The translations under genes were made by a program, and so were the position numbers. The notes beneath the pieces were generated by a model. The model did no database searches. It saw only the letters and a program-made list of their open reading frames with translations, and was not told the DNA's origin. A stretch of 64,000 nt of DNA, taken from Octopus sinensis. Its lineage: Eukaryota. Positions 37,381 to 52,266 of this stretch are shown one piece after another (within the stretch, counting starts at the first letter, position 1; the number at the start of each line of letters is the position of its first letter). The stretch is taken from positions 21,638,001 through 21,702,000 of the forward strand of contig NC_043003.1 in assembly GCF_006345805.1 (NCBI RefSeq). The letters are read 5' to 3'.

Positions 37381-40069
37381 ACTTGGTCGGCTGTACGCAT
37401 GATGATATCTCCCATCAAGCAAGCATAGAGCAGCAAGAAGCAACTTCACTCTACATACATTACTTACTTAAGCACATCACTTCCTATGACATAAAGGCCA
37501 TTGATGGCTCCTTTTTCAGCTTTGCCAGTTGGCTCTGCAGATTCCTTTGGGATTTTGCTTCACTGCATCATATGTTTCCTTGGGAGAAGGCCTTCTTTCA
37601 GGTCTTGTCGGTTTTGAATTGTCATCAATGATTCTGTAACTTTGCATTTTTCTAGGTAGGGGTATTGGTCCTACACATACCCATTTTTACCTCTGGGAAG
37701 AGGTGGTCCATATTAGTCTGGCCTTTATTCTTTGACCTGACCGACATATGAGCTCCTTCACTAGCCTATCTCTCGAGGTCACTGAAGCACATGAGTTACC
37801 ACACTGCAGCAAGGACTGGACTTTGTATACATACAACTGTACATACAAAATTTTGTGCAGTATTATTGAACCTGGAGCTATGTGGTTGTCAAATGAACTT
37901 CTTAATCACGTGCCCAGATCTGATCTCATTTGTGTATGTAAAATCTAAATATATAGAAAAATATCAAAAAAGATGGAAAGCTAGTCCTAGTTAGGATTCA
38001 AACCCCACACCTTCTGCTAACCACCCTCATGCTTTTGCCACTTAAACTTACAACCCATTGCTATTTTCCCTTCAAAATAATCACATAAATTAATGTTGCT
38101 TATGTGATTTTTTTTTCAGCCAGGTACAATTTTTCCCCCCTTTCATGTTTTAATTTTATTATAACTGTTGTTTGTATTATTGAAACAGAGTTTTATCAAG
38201 AAGCTATTTCCAAACTAAATTTTGTATTTGTTTCTTTATTAAAATGTTCATTTTATGTTGATTATATCTTTCAATTAACTGGGATAGCATTAAGCATGTT
38301 ATACATGATCAGTTAGAACTTACCCACCCATCATTCCTGAGCTTCTGTCCCTAATTTCTCTTATATTTGCCTTCTTGTACCTTATGGATACACCCTGGCA
38401 CCTCATCACCATCATCTTTTCTATCCTTCCACTGGGGTAGCAATGTACCTCCTCTCCAGTAAGACACTTGCCCCTGCCTCTCTATCATACTTAAGCCACT
38501 CAACACCTGGCATAAAGCCACTTCCTTCAATATTACATTCTCCCTACACTCAATTGAAGGGCCTTGTCTTGCAAGTTATTTGGTGGTTGATGGCTTCCTT
38601 CTTGAGCCAGTGCCATGAAAAGAGCCTCTGGTATACTCTGTAAAGTGGTTAGCTTTATGAAGGCCATCCATCCATTGAAACCATACCAAACCAGTGCAGA
38701 CATTGGCGCTTGATACTGTTCTCCAGCTTATCAGATCCTGTCGAACCATCCAACCCATGCCAGCATGGAAAACAGATATTAAATAATGATGATGATGATG
38801 GTATATATGAGATTCTCTTGTATATATCATCGTCATCACCTTCATCATTTTACATTTACTTTCCCTTCTATTATGAGTTGGATGGCTTGTCTCTGAATCA
38901 CATTTTATTGGAAGTTACTGTTATCTTAGGCATAGCCAGAGGTGTGACATCCATTGATAGATACCCTTCTTATTACCAACCATTTTACAAGAGGTAACTG
39001 GATGCATTTCATCATAGCTCCAAGTTGTTGTGAGGTTGTCAAGTCCTCAAGTTCTCCCTCTCTACTCAGGGTTCATAGTGACCTTACTAGTGCTGGTGGT
39101 ACGGAAAAAGCATTCAGTACTCACAGTAAAGTGATTGGCATTAGGAAGGGCATCCAGCTGTAGAAACCGTGCTAAAGTAGATATGGAGCATGATGCAGTC
39201 CTTGAGCCCGCTGGAGCCTTCCTGTACCAGCATCGAACACGGACAATAAATATTGATAATGTTAAGGCTAATTGAGATTTTTCAGGAGTTTGCTCCCTTG
39301 TCCCTTCTGAGAATAAATTTTCATTAAAACTAATTATTTTTTTTTTTACCTCATTAGCACTTTAATTTCAGTTATTTAAAAGATCTTTTTATCCCTCATT
39401 TCATACATGGTAGACTGCACATGTAAAAAGTAAAAGTTCCCAATGTTACAATTATCATCACATTATTTTAGTATCCATTTCTCTATGCTTGTATGGATTA
39501 GACAAGTCTTTTCCAGTACATCATCAGAAAAAGATTCATCTACTTGTTCTGGCTCTTTATCATCTTTTCATTGAGGTTTAACCTTTTGTCATCCACCTTC
39601 ATTGCTTCTTATGCCTTCCTCAGTTTTCCTCTTCTTCAGGTTCTTTCCACTTGGATCTCCTGACACTTCCGTAACCAGATGTCATCTCCACTTCCATACA
39701 CATCATATGTCTGTCTCCTCTTTCACACACAGCATCTGATTCCTCTAATACAGTTTTTCTCTCTCAGCTTTTGTTTTTTTATAATTTTATTCTAACTAAT
39801 AAAGAAATTATAACCAAATTTATGTTTTGATTCAATAACTTCCTCTATTTTGACTTATAAATACATAGTTCACTTCTAGAGGGGAGAAATTGTATGAACA
39901 TTAAGTTTTATTAAAATAACTTATGAACTTATTAAAATAACTTATTATGTTCCATAATAACCATGTATTTATATATTGTTCAAAAATACTTAATATTTAA
40001 AAACGATAACCAAATATTTCTGTTATTGTTATCATTGTCATTGTTGTTGCTATTATCATTATTATTATT

Positions 40070-40738
40070 ATGGCAGAAATTTTTTTCTAGTTCTGGACAA
40101 AATACTTTGCAGACTTTGTGTCCCTTAGGTTAACTTCACTTTTCATCCCTGTAGGATCATTAAAACAGTTAGTAGTCAACTATGGGTCCAATATAATCAA
40201 ATATACTTCCTCCCTAAAATAAATGACCTTGTGCCTAAATCAGAAATCATTATCGGCGAGTTGGCAGAAACATTAGCACGCTGGGCGAAATGCTTAGCGG
40301 TATTTCGTCTGCCATTACATTCTGACATTCTGAGTTCAAATTCCGCCGAGGTTGACTTTGCGTTTCATCCTTTTGGAGTCAATAAATTAAGTACCAGTTA
40401 CACACTGGGGTTGATGTGATCGACTTAATCCCTTTGTCTGTCCTTGTTTCTCCTCTCTGTGTTTAGCCCCTTGTGGGCAATAAAGAAATAAGAAATCATT
40501 ATCATTTTTGAAAGCAGTGAGCTAGAGGATTGTTAGCATGCTGAATGAAATGCTTAGCAGTATATCACCTGTTGCTATGTTCTGAGTTCAAATTCCGCCA
40601 AAGTTGACTTTACCTTTCATCCTTTCGGGTTCAATAAATTAAATACCAGTGAAACACTGGGGTCGATGTAATCGACTTGCCTCTTCTCCAAAAATTTCAG
40701 GCCTTGTGCCTATAGTAGAAAGGGTTGTTGTTGTTGTT

Positions 40739-40778
<40 letters not shown>

Positions 40779-41010
40779 AAGAAGAAGAAGGCAGTGAACT
40801 GGCAGAATCATTAGCATGCTGGACAAAATGCTTAGCAGTATCTCAGCCATCGCTATGTTCTGTGTTCAAATTCCACCGAGGTCGATTTTGTCTTCCATCC
40901 TTTCAAGGTCAATAAATTAAGTACCAGTGAAACACTGGAGTCGATGTAATCAACTAGTCCCCTCCCGACAAATTTCAAGCCTTGTGCCTATAGTAGAAAG
41001 GATTATTATT
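40070..41010 (+). mobile_element. Head-to-tail cluster of about 4 SINE-B copies
   Basis: Copies start at about 40070 (degenerate), 40255, 40515 and 40790. The linkers are trinucleotide runs including (GTT)n(GTA)n(GAA)n. Confidence 0.8.
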
Positions 41011-41131
41011 CACATTCTCAGATAAGTGAGGTAGAATTTACTGCCAAAATTTATCACAGAGTTTGGAAACATCCGAAACCATTTATTACTGTTGTTTCTC
41101 TTTTGTTGTTTCTCTTTTGTTCTGTTCTTAG

Positions 41132-41299
41132 TCTGGACCGGCAATTGAGATAACTCAACCTGTGGATGATACTGAGGAACAAGGCGAAGAAGATGACGAC
41201 GATCGCCAGGGCCAGTGGTTACGACGACGGAGGCTAGATGGGGCCCTTAACAGAGTACCTGTTGGATTCTATGAGAAACTTTGGAAAATCTTACAAAGA
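41132..41299 (+). CDS. PHKA: PHKA exon ([56 protein letters not shown])
   Basis: Splice sites ttcttag| and |gtaagt. Contains the hallmark RQGQW(L/Q)[17 protein letters not shown]. Confidence 0.98.
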
Positions 41300-41650
41300 G
41301 TAAGTTCAAAGTTCATTTTTTTTTCTGTTTTATCTACTGTAGTTCAGTAGTTATATCAATAAAAAAGATTATAGTGAACTTCCCATGGGGAGTGGAAAAT
41401 CCAGTGTTTTGGACAGATATATTTATACAATGAAACTATTGTAACCAATATCAGCATTTCATCTGTTTTTACATTCTGAGTTCAAATTCCACCAAGGCCG
41501 GCTTGGCCTTTCATTCTTTTGGGGTCAATAAAATAAGTACCGGTTTAGCACTGGGGTCAATGTAATCAACTTAACCACTTCCCTGAAATTGCTGGCCTTG
41601 TGCCAAAAATTGTAAATCAATATTAATTTCACATGTATCTGTCTCTGTAG

Positions 41651-41704
41651 GTCGAAACCCTGTCTATTGCCAACAACACTCTGGAGACAATGCTAACCAG
41701 AGAA
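41651..41704 (+). CDS. PHKA: PHKA exon (VETLSIANNTLETMLTRE)
   Basis: Splice sites ctctgtag| and |gtaagg, 18 codons, phase 0-0. Same length and position as PHKA 'CHGLSVEGFVLPSSTTRE'. Confidence 0.93.
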
Positions 41705-42314
41705 GTAAGGATTTTTTTTTCATTCTTTATTTGTAATCTATATTTTTTTTAAATTTGTAATTACATTTTAATTATAAAACATTGTCTGAGTATAATAATT
41801 CAGTTTATAATTAATCACACTATTGTTTTAAGAATTATATTTATTATATAAAATGTATTATTCTTTATGAAATTAGTCATCATCATCATCATCATCATTT
41901 AGCGTCCACTTTCCATGCTAGCATGGGTTGGACATGTTCTGAATAATTCTGCTGTTTCCATGAGTGAACAGTAATAGTTAGATTAGTAGACCTAACACAC
42001 CACACTGTTTAACACCATTTGGTCAAACCAATTAGAGAACTTCCTTTGTAAATGGTGGCCAAATACTTCTTATATCAAATTCCACACAATAAAATACACC
42101 GGATAATGGTAATACAAGATGGTCATGGCTGGAAGGCTTATGTCTATCCATATCTTCTTTCATCTCTCTCTCTCTCTCTGCTTACCATCTTTCTCCTCCT
42201 CCTCTCTTCCCACCTAATATATAACTTCTTGCAAATGTATCAGTCTGTCTAATTATGTAGTTAATTGCTTCTCTTTCTATTCACCTATTCATATTCATCT
42301 TTCTAACTACACAG

Positions 42315-42524
42315 ATGACATCTGGAGAGTTCAAATTCGCCCTGCAAGTCGAAACAGTTCTAAACATGATTCCACAGCCAGAGTACCGACAACTGATGGT
42401 AGAGGGTATGATAGTTCTAACCACACTGCTTGATGTTGACCCCAACTGTCGGATCAAACTTCACCGTACTATCTATATTGACAAAATTGTACAAGAGGCC
42501 AACCAGATTTACCTAAAAGAACAG
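42315..42524 (+). CDS. PHKA: PHKA exon ([30 protein letters not shown]...YLKEQ)
   Basis: Splice sites tacacag| and |gtcagt, 70 codons. Matches '[30 protein letters not shown]'. Confidence 0.98.
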
Positions 42525-42649
42525 GTCAGTATTTTACTGCCTTCTGGTTCTATGATACACAACATCTAATTTTAAAGTATATATATTTAAATCAAACAAT
42601 TTCATTAAAATTTGAATAAGAACCTTGTGCTAAAGTTATGATAAAGTAT

Positions 42650-43055
42650 AGGTGCAGGAGTGGCTGTGTGGTAAGTAGCTTGCTTACCAACCACATGGTT
42701 CTGGATTTAGTCCTACTTCATGGCACCTTGGGCAAGTGTCTTCTACTATAGTCTTGGGCCAACCAAAGCCTTGTGAGTGGATTTGGTAGATAGAAACTGA
42801 AAGAAGCCCGTTGTGTATATGTATATATATATGTGTATATGTGTTTGTGTGTCTGTGTTTTTCCCCAAAAAATCGCTTGACAACCGATGCTGGTGTGTTT
42901 ACGTCCCTGTAACTTAGCGGTTTGGCAAAAGAGACCGATAGAATAAGTACTAGGCTTACAAAGAATAAGTCCTGGGGTCAATTTGCTTAACTAAAGGCGG
43001 TGCTCCAGCATGGCCGCAGTCAAATGACTGAAACACGTAAAAGAGAGTAAAAGGG
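42650..43055 (+). mobile_element. SINE family A, near full-length copy
   Basis: tRNA-like head ggagtggctgtgtggtaagtagcttgcttaccaaccacatggttctggatttagtcc, CORE-like block, microsatellite, and tail ...cagtcaaatgactgaaac. Confidence 0.85.
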
Positions 43056-43799
43056 TATACAAATATTGCTTCCAGCATTATTCTTCCATGTATCTCTGTG
43101 GGTTGGCTGGCAATGTTTCATGATGAGATGTCCTTCCATTTACCAACTCTAACCTGTTTTTTAAATTTGGTATTTTTATTTTTCTGGTTCATCAACTTAC
43201 ATAAACTACCAGACTGGAGAGCATATTGTTATGGTATATATAAACAAAGTAGCTGAGTTGGCCAAACATTGTGAGTGTGAAAACATGCAGAAATAAACAC
43301 ACTCCCAACTTGAGGCTATTATAAAAATCACTTGCCCAAGATGCCCACAGCAAGATGTAATCTAATATCTTTTGATTAACAAAAGTAAACTTCGCAATCA
43401 TGTAGAAATAAGCACACACAAAAAGATACACATGAGAAATTTCTGTCTACAAGTTTCACTCACAAGATACTGGTGAACCTGAGACTATAATACAAGGCAC
43501 TCAGCTAAGTTGCCCAGCATGAGATATAATCCAAAACCTTTTGGTTGACAAAATAAACTTCATAACAACACAGCCATAACTGCACCTTACAACATACCTG
43601 TGCCTGATTAATAACATAAAAGGTAATTGTTTAACACCAGTTTTATCATTACTGAAACGGCTTTTGATCATAGGTCTACCAGTTAGAATTTGTTGTCGGC
43701 TTCTCTTTGTTTCCCAGTATTTCTTTCTTCATTTGTGCTTCCTCATTTAAGTTGGTACTTCTGTTTGCTCGTATGACCAATTTTTGCATGGAACAATTG

Positions 43800-44195
43800 A
43801 CAATTGTCCACAGAGATTACATCTAATGGTCAGCAAAGGCTTGGTTGGATTTGGCAGGTCTTTCATTGTAGCCATTTATCTTCTTCATATCTTCAACAAT
43901 GTTCTTCAAAATGTACTGCTATGTCAACAGCCTTGCACTCCTTGAATGGTCAAAAGCCAACAGTACTGAGGCCATCTTCAATGAACATTGTCTTAGATGG
44001 GCAGGTCATGTCCACCACATGAATAGCACCGGACTGCCACATCAAATCCTCAACAGCAAACTCAGCACTGGCAAGAATATCTTCAGCTGCCCCATGCATT
44101 GCTACATGGGCCAACTGAAACAGACAATGAAAAGTACCAACATTGACTCTGAATCCTAGGAGCAACATGTAGAAGACAGAACATTGTTTGACATG
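43800..44195 (+). mobile_element. RTE/BovB-like LINE C-terminal fragment
   Basis: ORF 43899-44159 contains LRWAGHVHHMNSTGLPHQILNSKLSTGK. Confidence 0.75.
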
Positions 44196-44290
44196 CATGG
44201 CACCTTGGGCAAGTGTCTTCAACTATAGCCTCGGGCTGACCAAAGCCTTGTGAGTGGATTTGGTAGACGGAAACTGAAAGAAGCCCATTG

Positions 44291-44327
<37 letters not shown>

Positions 44328-44666
44328 ATGTGTGTATATGTTTGTGTGTCTGTGTTTGTCCCCACAACATCGCTTGACATCCGATGCTGGTGTGTTTACG
44401 TCTCTGTCACTTAGCAGTTCAGCAAGAGAGACCAATAGAATAAGTACTAGGCTTCCAAAGAATAAGTCCTGGGGTCGATTTGCTTGACTAAAGGCGGTGC
44501 TCCAGCATGGCTGCAGTCAACTGACTGAAACAAAAAATAAAAAGAAAAGAAAGAATCTCAATAGAAGCAGTTTAACTGAGGTTAAAGAACGATAACCAAA
44601 TCATAAGACTAGATTTAACTTATTCAAAGCTAAACTAAAATTTTTTTTCTTTCTCTTTCATTTCAG

Positions 44667-44843
44667 AAAATGCCAGAAGACGTACAAAAGCAATTCATGG
44701 GAGCAGCTGGTATCTGCCAGCATTTTTATGACAGTGCACCAAGTGGACGATATGGCACACTATCTTACATGTGTCGAGCCCTAGCCATTATCCTTCACCT
44801 TCCTGTTGATTCAGACAATGGACTTGAGTGTGCTATTAGTTAA
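44667..44843 (+). CDS. PHKA: PHKA last coding exon (...[20 protein letters not shown]...GLECAIS*)
   Basis: Acceptor catttcag|. Contains the conserved YDSAPSGR(Y/F)GT motif and ends CAIS-TAA, a CaaX prenylation motif as in PhK alpha (CAMQ). Confidence 0.98.
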   Translation, partial: KMPEDVQKQFMGAAGICQHFYDSAPSGRYGTLSYMCRALAIILHLPVDSDNGLECAIS

Positions 44844-44860
44844 ACTTTATAAGAAATATT

Positions 44861-44900
<40 letters not shown>

Positions 44901-46597
44901 CAAAACAAAAACTGATTTATTGTTATTTTTATTATTATTATTACTGTTATTATTATTGAGTTTGTGTCAAATTGGAAAGAATATTATTATTATTATTATT
45001 TATTTCTTGATGTGAGATGAAATTTTGTTCTTTTTTTTTTAAAAAAAAATTATTATTTTTGTTTCCTTAATTTTGTTTTAAGGAATAAAGAAAGGTAACC
45101 TGTTAATCCATGAATATAATTTAGGCAGCGCCTCAGCATGGCTGCAGTCGACTGACTGAAACCAGCAGAAGGTTATAATAACCTGAACACAAGACTATAA
45201 TTTCTTTATGCATGTGTAAGGATGTATAAATCATGAAAAGCACAATTTGATATATATTAGTAGCAAAGACATCTATTTTATATACACTTATAAATCTGGT
45301 GCAGTTTGAAGTCTTGCAGACCTGCGTGATTTTTTTGTTGTTGTTGTTTTATTTTATTTATTTATTAATTAATTTTTTTTTTTTTCAATTGAAAAATCCT
45401 CCACATAAATATAGACATCATGTTTGTCAGATCTGATAAAATGTTTAGTTAAATTCACACACACGTACATGCACATCTATACTCATACATATTTATACAT
45501 GCACACACACATATATATATATAATAATATACAGACGCACCACACACACACATATTTTAAAGTGAGTTTAAGTGTAAGAATAGAACATTTACTGATGATG
45601 GGAAAAGAGTCGATACCAAGAACAGAGTTAAGTTTATTGTAAAAGTTGTTTTGACTGGGTCATAAAGCCCCAGTCAGAAAATGAAGTAAGGCGGCAAGCT
45701 GGCCGAAAGGTTAGCACGCCGGGCGAAATGCTTAGAGGTATTTCGTCTGCCACTACATTCTGAGTTCAAATTCCGCCGAGGTCGACTTTGCCTTTCATCC
45801 TTTCAGGATCGATAAATTAAGTACCAGTTATGCACTGTGGTCGATATAATTTGTCTGTCCTTGTTTGTCCCCTCTGTGTTTAGCCCTTTGTGGGCAATAG
45901 AGAAACAAGAAAATGAATTTTTTCATTGAATGCATGTGTGTGTGGGGGGTGTGTATGTGTATGTATGTGCATGTATACGTAAGGCTATTGTTTATTTTGT
46001 TGAAGACTAAAAAGCACTCAAGAGAACCTACCTTGTGTTAGAATTGTGACTTCAACAATTATGTAATCATTTTAAAAAGCAGTGATTACAGTTTACAGCC
46101 TTTAAAAGTCATTTCTTCTCAGTCCACCTATGTGCGGTCATTTGCAGGTGATCAACCAATAAACCAACTGAATGTAACTGCATTTTCAAACCACTTCCTT
46201 CAATACTGCACCCCGACTCTCAAGGGCATCTTGTCTTGCAAGATATTTGGCGACATCACTAGTGCTGGTGCCATGAAAAAAGGAATCCAACATGCTGTAT
46301 TGACATTAGAAAGGGCATCCAGCTTTAGAAACAATGCTCAAATTGAGAGACTGGAGTAAAGAAATGTTGTGCTCTGACTCACTGGATCCTGTCCAACCAT
46401 CCTAAACATTGCATTTGCTAGCTTGGAAAGTGGACATGAAATGCTGATGTTGTTATTAATGATGTTGATGATATTTGACAGAAAAGTTAGAAAAATGGTT
46501 ATAAGGTCTGAAGCTTTGTGTAGGGCACTTTCAGAAGTTTGATTTGTGTCATGCACAAAACACTCAGCCTTTGAGTCACTTTTGTAAGTTTTCTGTC

Positions 46598-46629
46598 ATA
46601 TATACACATGTATATACATACATATATAT

Positions 46630-46674
<45 letters not shown>

Positions 46675-46922
46675 TACATACATCATACATACATATATAT
46701 ACATACATATATACATACGTATATATATACATGCGTATATATATACATACATACATATATATATATACTCACATATATATATATACATATATATACACAT
46801 ATATATATATACATACATATATATACACATATATATATACATACACATATATATACATACATATATATACACACATATATATACACACATATATATATAT
46901 ACACACATATATATAGACACAC

Positions 46923-46953
<31 letters not shown>

Positions 46954-46995
46954 AATACATATATATTAATACACATACATGTACATATATATATG
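46598..46995. repeat. Compound (TA)n/(CA)n microsatellite
   Basis: Read directly from the sequence. Confidence 0.95.
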
Positions 46996-49900
46996 CTACC
47001 AAGGCAGTACCCTAGTATGACTGCAGTCCAACTACTGAAACACGCAAAATATATATGTATATATAAATAAAACATCAAGCCTTTCACGGAAATCTACTTA
47101 CCAATAATTTCAGATTGTTGTTGGTTTGAAGCATATACTGCAGCCTGTCTCAAGGTATTGTTACTCAAAACAGAGAAGCTTGTGACTCTATGTCACTGGG
47201 TTTTTTTTTATTAATTGTGACAATGAAAATAAACAATCACCCAATTCTCATATTTAAGCTTTACATCCTTTTAGAGTCAACATATGAAACTAATTTTAAT
47301 CTGGAGTAGTAACAACAGTTCAAATTCTATAACTTGCATTGTACTGGATACATGGGACAAGATATTTTACTCTAGGTAAGCAACTGACAAAAGAGGATTT
47401 ATATTTTTAACATGATTCTGCTAACCCTATTAGTTGCTGTAAATTTTACTATTTACTATTAATAATGTTATCTAACATTGACACAAGGGCCACTAATATT
47501 TGGGGAAAGGGGGTAAGTCAACTAAAATGAACCCTCAGTACTTAACATGTAGATGTTTTTATCAAACGTAGGAGGATACAAAGCAAAATGAACACAGGCA
47601 GGAATCATAATAAATATGTTAGAGACACACATACACACAAACATAAATATTTTAAAATAGTTGGTCAGGTTTTCTGTTCTGTCAGCAATGATTAGTAATG
47701 AGGCTGACAACGAAAATCCAATTATTTCCATAATTAGAATTATCAAAAAGATACCTGTAATACTAACTAAATCATATTTTCCATCTCATTCCCTACCATC
47801 ACTAATATTTTTAATTAAATTTCCACACCTTAGGACTGCTGTAAATTAATTTAATTTATGACCTAAAATAAATTTCTTTCTGTGCTTCCTGCCTTATTTT
47901 TTTCATTTGGAGTCATTTTGATTTTTTGTTTTTTTATTTTAAATCTTAAAAATTTTTTTCTTTGGCCCCTTTTTGCAGGTTTTTGCTGTATAAACCATCC
48001 TCAGAAGAATGAATCAAATAATTGAGTACATATTTTTGATTTTCTTTATTCGATTTTAGTTCAATCAGAAAAATTTTTCCTCCTTACAGGCTGATGGTCT
48101 TCAGTTTGTATATTGTCACAAATATATATTAGCAACAAAGGCAATATTAATACCGAGAGATAATATTTATCCCCATGTGGATGTTCTGTTAGAACAAGCT
48201 ATACTGTGGTAGATACCATGAGAGACTCTCATATTGGCTTTTTAGTGCAAAATGCACTCTTTTATAGCAGTAGCAGGGAGATAAATGCCTGCTACCTCCA
48301 TTGCGGAGACCACCAGATCACGTGATTTTGACTTTGGTTTTGTCACAAATGTTCAACTGTGACTGCTTGCTTCTATTGTTCTTTTAAGCTTTAGCATTTA
48401 AACCAACCATATCCAGCCCAAATATTCTACCTGTTTGATATTCAAGCTAGCTGGATCTGGCCTATCACACCGGCCTTTCAATGTCATTCTAATGATAAAT
48501 AATCACAATATAAAAATTCCAAAGCTACCAGATAAACGATGATAAATTCAAAATAATGTGAATAAATAAGCATTTGACAGAGTAATCTGAATGCTAGAGG
48601 GTTAAAACATAGATCAGTCCTAATGAAGCAGACTTATGAATGATCAAGGGTATTTCTAGTCATGGCCATCTTGTCATTTTATAAATAAGGGACTACATTG
48701 TCCAATGTACTTCTCTTCATTTTATGATGTGTTAAGTACGATTTGGAGCAAGTTGGTTGCTCTTTTAGCAGGTCAAACAACCACACAGAAGCCAGTCATT
48801 GGTTTGACTGAGTCAACCATTCTGTCCTTAACTTTTTTTGTGCTTCTTCCAGAAGCAATTGTTAGATTTGCGGTTAAGAACAAGAGAGATGAATTAGATA
48901 GCATAAAATATTTTGTCCAGATCTCTGCTCAAGAAGAATGTTAGAATTTGAAATCCTGCTCCAAATTTCTCTTAGTTGAGATTTTAAGTATTGAAATGCT
49001 ACCATAGTGTGTTGCTGCAGATAATTTTATCAAGATTTGCTACCATAGTGTGTTGTTGCAGATAATCTTCTTATCAAAATTTAATTTAATCTCAGCAGAC
49101 CTTTGTTATACTTTAAAATGCCTGAGAGATATACCAAGGTAGATTCAATGTCAGAAAAATGGGTTAAGAAATGGGAAAGGGAGAAGTAATTCATAAGTGG
49201 TGCTTTAAACTGACTGAAATTTAATTTTATGGATTTTCATTTGATACACGCAAGCATGGAAAATTAGACATTACAACGATGATGCTGATAATTCAAAAGC
49301 ACAAAGGCAACACCCATGACATTTTCACAGAACTTCTAAGAATAGTGGGTTATTATCAAACTGGAGATGTAGTCCAAAGACTTGCAACAGAGAAGACTCT
49401 GCTAAAGGCACTCTAAACTTTTAGTGAAGTCCACTACGTCACAATCATGTCATGGGAATCTAAAGATGATGTTAAACTGGGTGAGGGGTTGAGTCTACCA
49501 CCCATGCTTTTGTAATTTACAAGCATGGGTTGGGTAGTTAAGAATTTTGCCTCCCAACCACATGGTTTCAAGTTCAGCCCTATTGCATCACACCTTAGGC
49601 AAGTATCTACTACTCTTGTCCTGGGCAGACCAAAGTCTTGTGAATTTGCTAGATGGTTGTATGTATGTATGTATGTGTTCATTCTTTCTTGTTCAGGTAT
49701 CACAATAGTTGTAAATGAGTATCACCTGGTACAAGCAGTGTCATTAACGCAATGTTGAGCACTCACTCTCTGTTCTATATTGGTGTATTTGTATCATCCT
49801 TTAACATCCGTTTTCCATACTGGTGTGAGTTGGACAGTTTCACCAGAGCTGCACCAAGTTTCCGGTTTGATTTTTATGGCTGGATGCCTTTCCACTCCAG

Positions 49901-52239
49901 GAGCATGTGTTGGGTGCTTTTAAAGTACCACCAGCACAAGTACTCTAACATAGGACTGGCATGAATGCATTTAACGTGGCACCAGCACAGGAATCTTCCA
50001 TGAAAACATTTGTCAGATGCTTGGAAACAGGTGTGAGTTGGTCGCAGGAAAGTCATCAACCAAGAGAAAAATCTCCCTCAGTAAATTCTGATGACTGCAA
50101 CTGCGGAAAAATGGATGTTAAAATGGTGATGATGAATGAATATATTGTGTTCTTGGATTAGACACAGAGCTCTATTTAGTATATAGACCATTGGCTTGAA
50201 GCAGCTAGCTATTTCTCTTTACATCAAATGAAATTCTACATAGAAAAAGTAGCATACAACTAAGAACAGTGGATAGGCACGGGCATGTGTGTGTGGCTTA
50301 GAAACATGCCTTCCAACTGTGTGGTCTCAGGGTCAGTCTCATTGCACTGCACCTTGGTCAAGTGTCTTCCACAATAGCACTGGGTCAATCAAACCCTAGT
50401 GATTGGATTTGGTAGATAAAAACTGAAAGAAGCCTGTGGTGTGTATATCATCATTTAATTTCCATTTTCCATGCTGGCATGAGTTGGACAGTTTCACAGG
50501 AGCTGGAGAGTTACCTGGGCTCCATGTCTGTTTTGGCATGGTTTCTATGGCTGGATGCCCTTCCAAATGCCAACCACTTTATAGAGTGTACTGGGTGCTT
50601 TTACGTGGCACTGGCACAGGTGCTTATGGCACAAGGCCTGAAATTTTGGGGGAGGGTGCCAGTCAATTAGATCGACCCAGTACGCAACTGGTACCTATTT
50701 TTTTTCGACCCTGAAAGAATGAAAGGCAAAGTTGACCTCAGAACATAGAGACAAAATACCACTAAGGTGCTTATATTTAAAGAGATTTCTTCCAGCCTTT
50801 ACAACAAATCTCTAAAATTATATCATAATTCTTCACCACTACTACCTCATTTATATATATATATATATATATATATATCGCTTTTGGATTGCAAGATTCT
50901 TTACGTAACTTTGTGTGTTGAAGCACATTCTGTTGTGTCTAGGGAGAGTCATTTTCTTTTTGTGCCTTATAATTTAACACATTCACCAGTAAAATTTCCA
51001 CTTATTTCTTATTTTCCTAAAATTTTTGTTAAGATGCATATATATATATACCAATATGCTGTTGAGCACTCATTCTCAATATTCAATATTGGTGTAAAAA
51101 CAAACCGTGGAAAAAAATATGTATATATCATAATAATAATAAACATTGTGTACAGTGCTCAGGTCCGCTTTCCATGCTAGCATGGGTTGGACGTTAAACG
51201 ATGATGATATATACATATTTTTTCCACGGTTTGTTTTTACACCAATATTGAATAGTGAGAATGAGTGCTCAACACCACATTGGTGGATAAAAATTCTTTA
51301 CTCATTGGTCAATTGCTGATAATTGTTGGCATGAACCCAACGGTTGCCTTGTTAAGCCACAAATAAAGAATATTTATCTGCTAATGCGATGTTGAGCAGT
51401 CACTCTCACTGTTCTATATTGGTGTATGTGTGTATTTGCATCATCCTTTAACATCTGTTTTCCATGCTCGTGCCGGTAGCACATAAAAGCACCATCTGTT
51501 CGTGTCCGTTGCCAGCCTTGCCTGGCCCCCGTGCCGGTGGCACGTAAAAACACCATCCGTTTGTGGCCATTTGCCAGCTCTGTCTGGCACCTGTGCAGGT
51601 GGCACGTAAAAAGCACCCACTACACTCTTCGAGTGGTTGGCGTTAGGAAGGACATCCAGCCGTAGAAACACTGCCAAATCTGACTGGGCCTGATGAAGCC
51701 TTCCGGCTTCACAGACCCCAGTTAAACCGTCCAACCCATGCTAGCATGGAAAACGGACGCTAAATGATGATGATGATGATGTGTGAGTTGGACTGTTTCA
51801 CCAGAGCTGCACCAAGTTTCTGGTTTGATTTGGCTTGGTTTCTATGGCTGGATGCCCTTCCACTCCAGGAGTGTGTGCTGGGTGCTTTTAAAGTACCAGC
51901 AGCACAAGTACTCTAACACAGGACTGGCATGAATGCATTTTACGTGGCACCAGCACAGGAATCTTGCAAACCAATTCTCTTCACTAAGGAATGTGACTTT
52001 CCAGAGGATGTGATGAATGGTTGTGTAAAAACATCACCTTGCTTGGAAACGAGTGAGGGTTACAATCAGGCTGTACAAAAACATTTTCAACAATTTGTTT
52101 GACCCATACAAGCATGGAAAAGTGAACATTAAATATTGATAATAAAGCAATAGTTGTGATACCACAGGTACCATGCTGTTACAGGTCCAAGCTGTTTTAA
52201 CATCAATAATGAAATACTAACAATATTTTTTTAAAAAAG

Positions 52240-52266
52240 AACAAAAACAAAAAGCAACTATTTATT
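52240..52266 (-). promoter_or_regulatory. Likely ABCD3 polyadenylation signal (AATAAA, about 620 nt after the stop)
   Basis: Plus-strand tttatt at 52261-52266 gives AATAAA on the minus strand, followed by a U/GU-rich tract (gttgctttttgtttttgttc). Confidence 0.5.

Noticed and set aside
38117-38126. ttttttcag|ccag|gtacaa, a possible 4-nt microexon
   Set aside because: It is not frame-preserving between phase-0 neighbours and the donor is weak.
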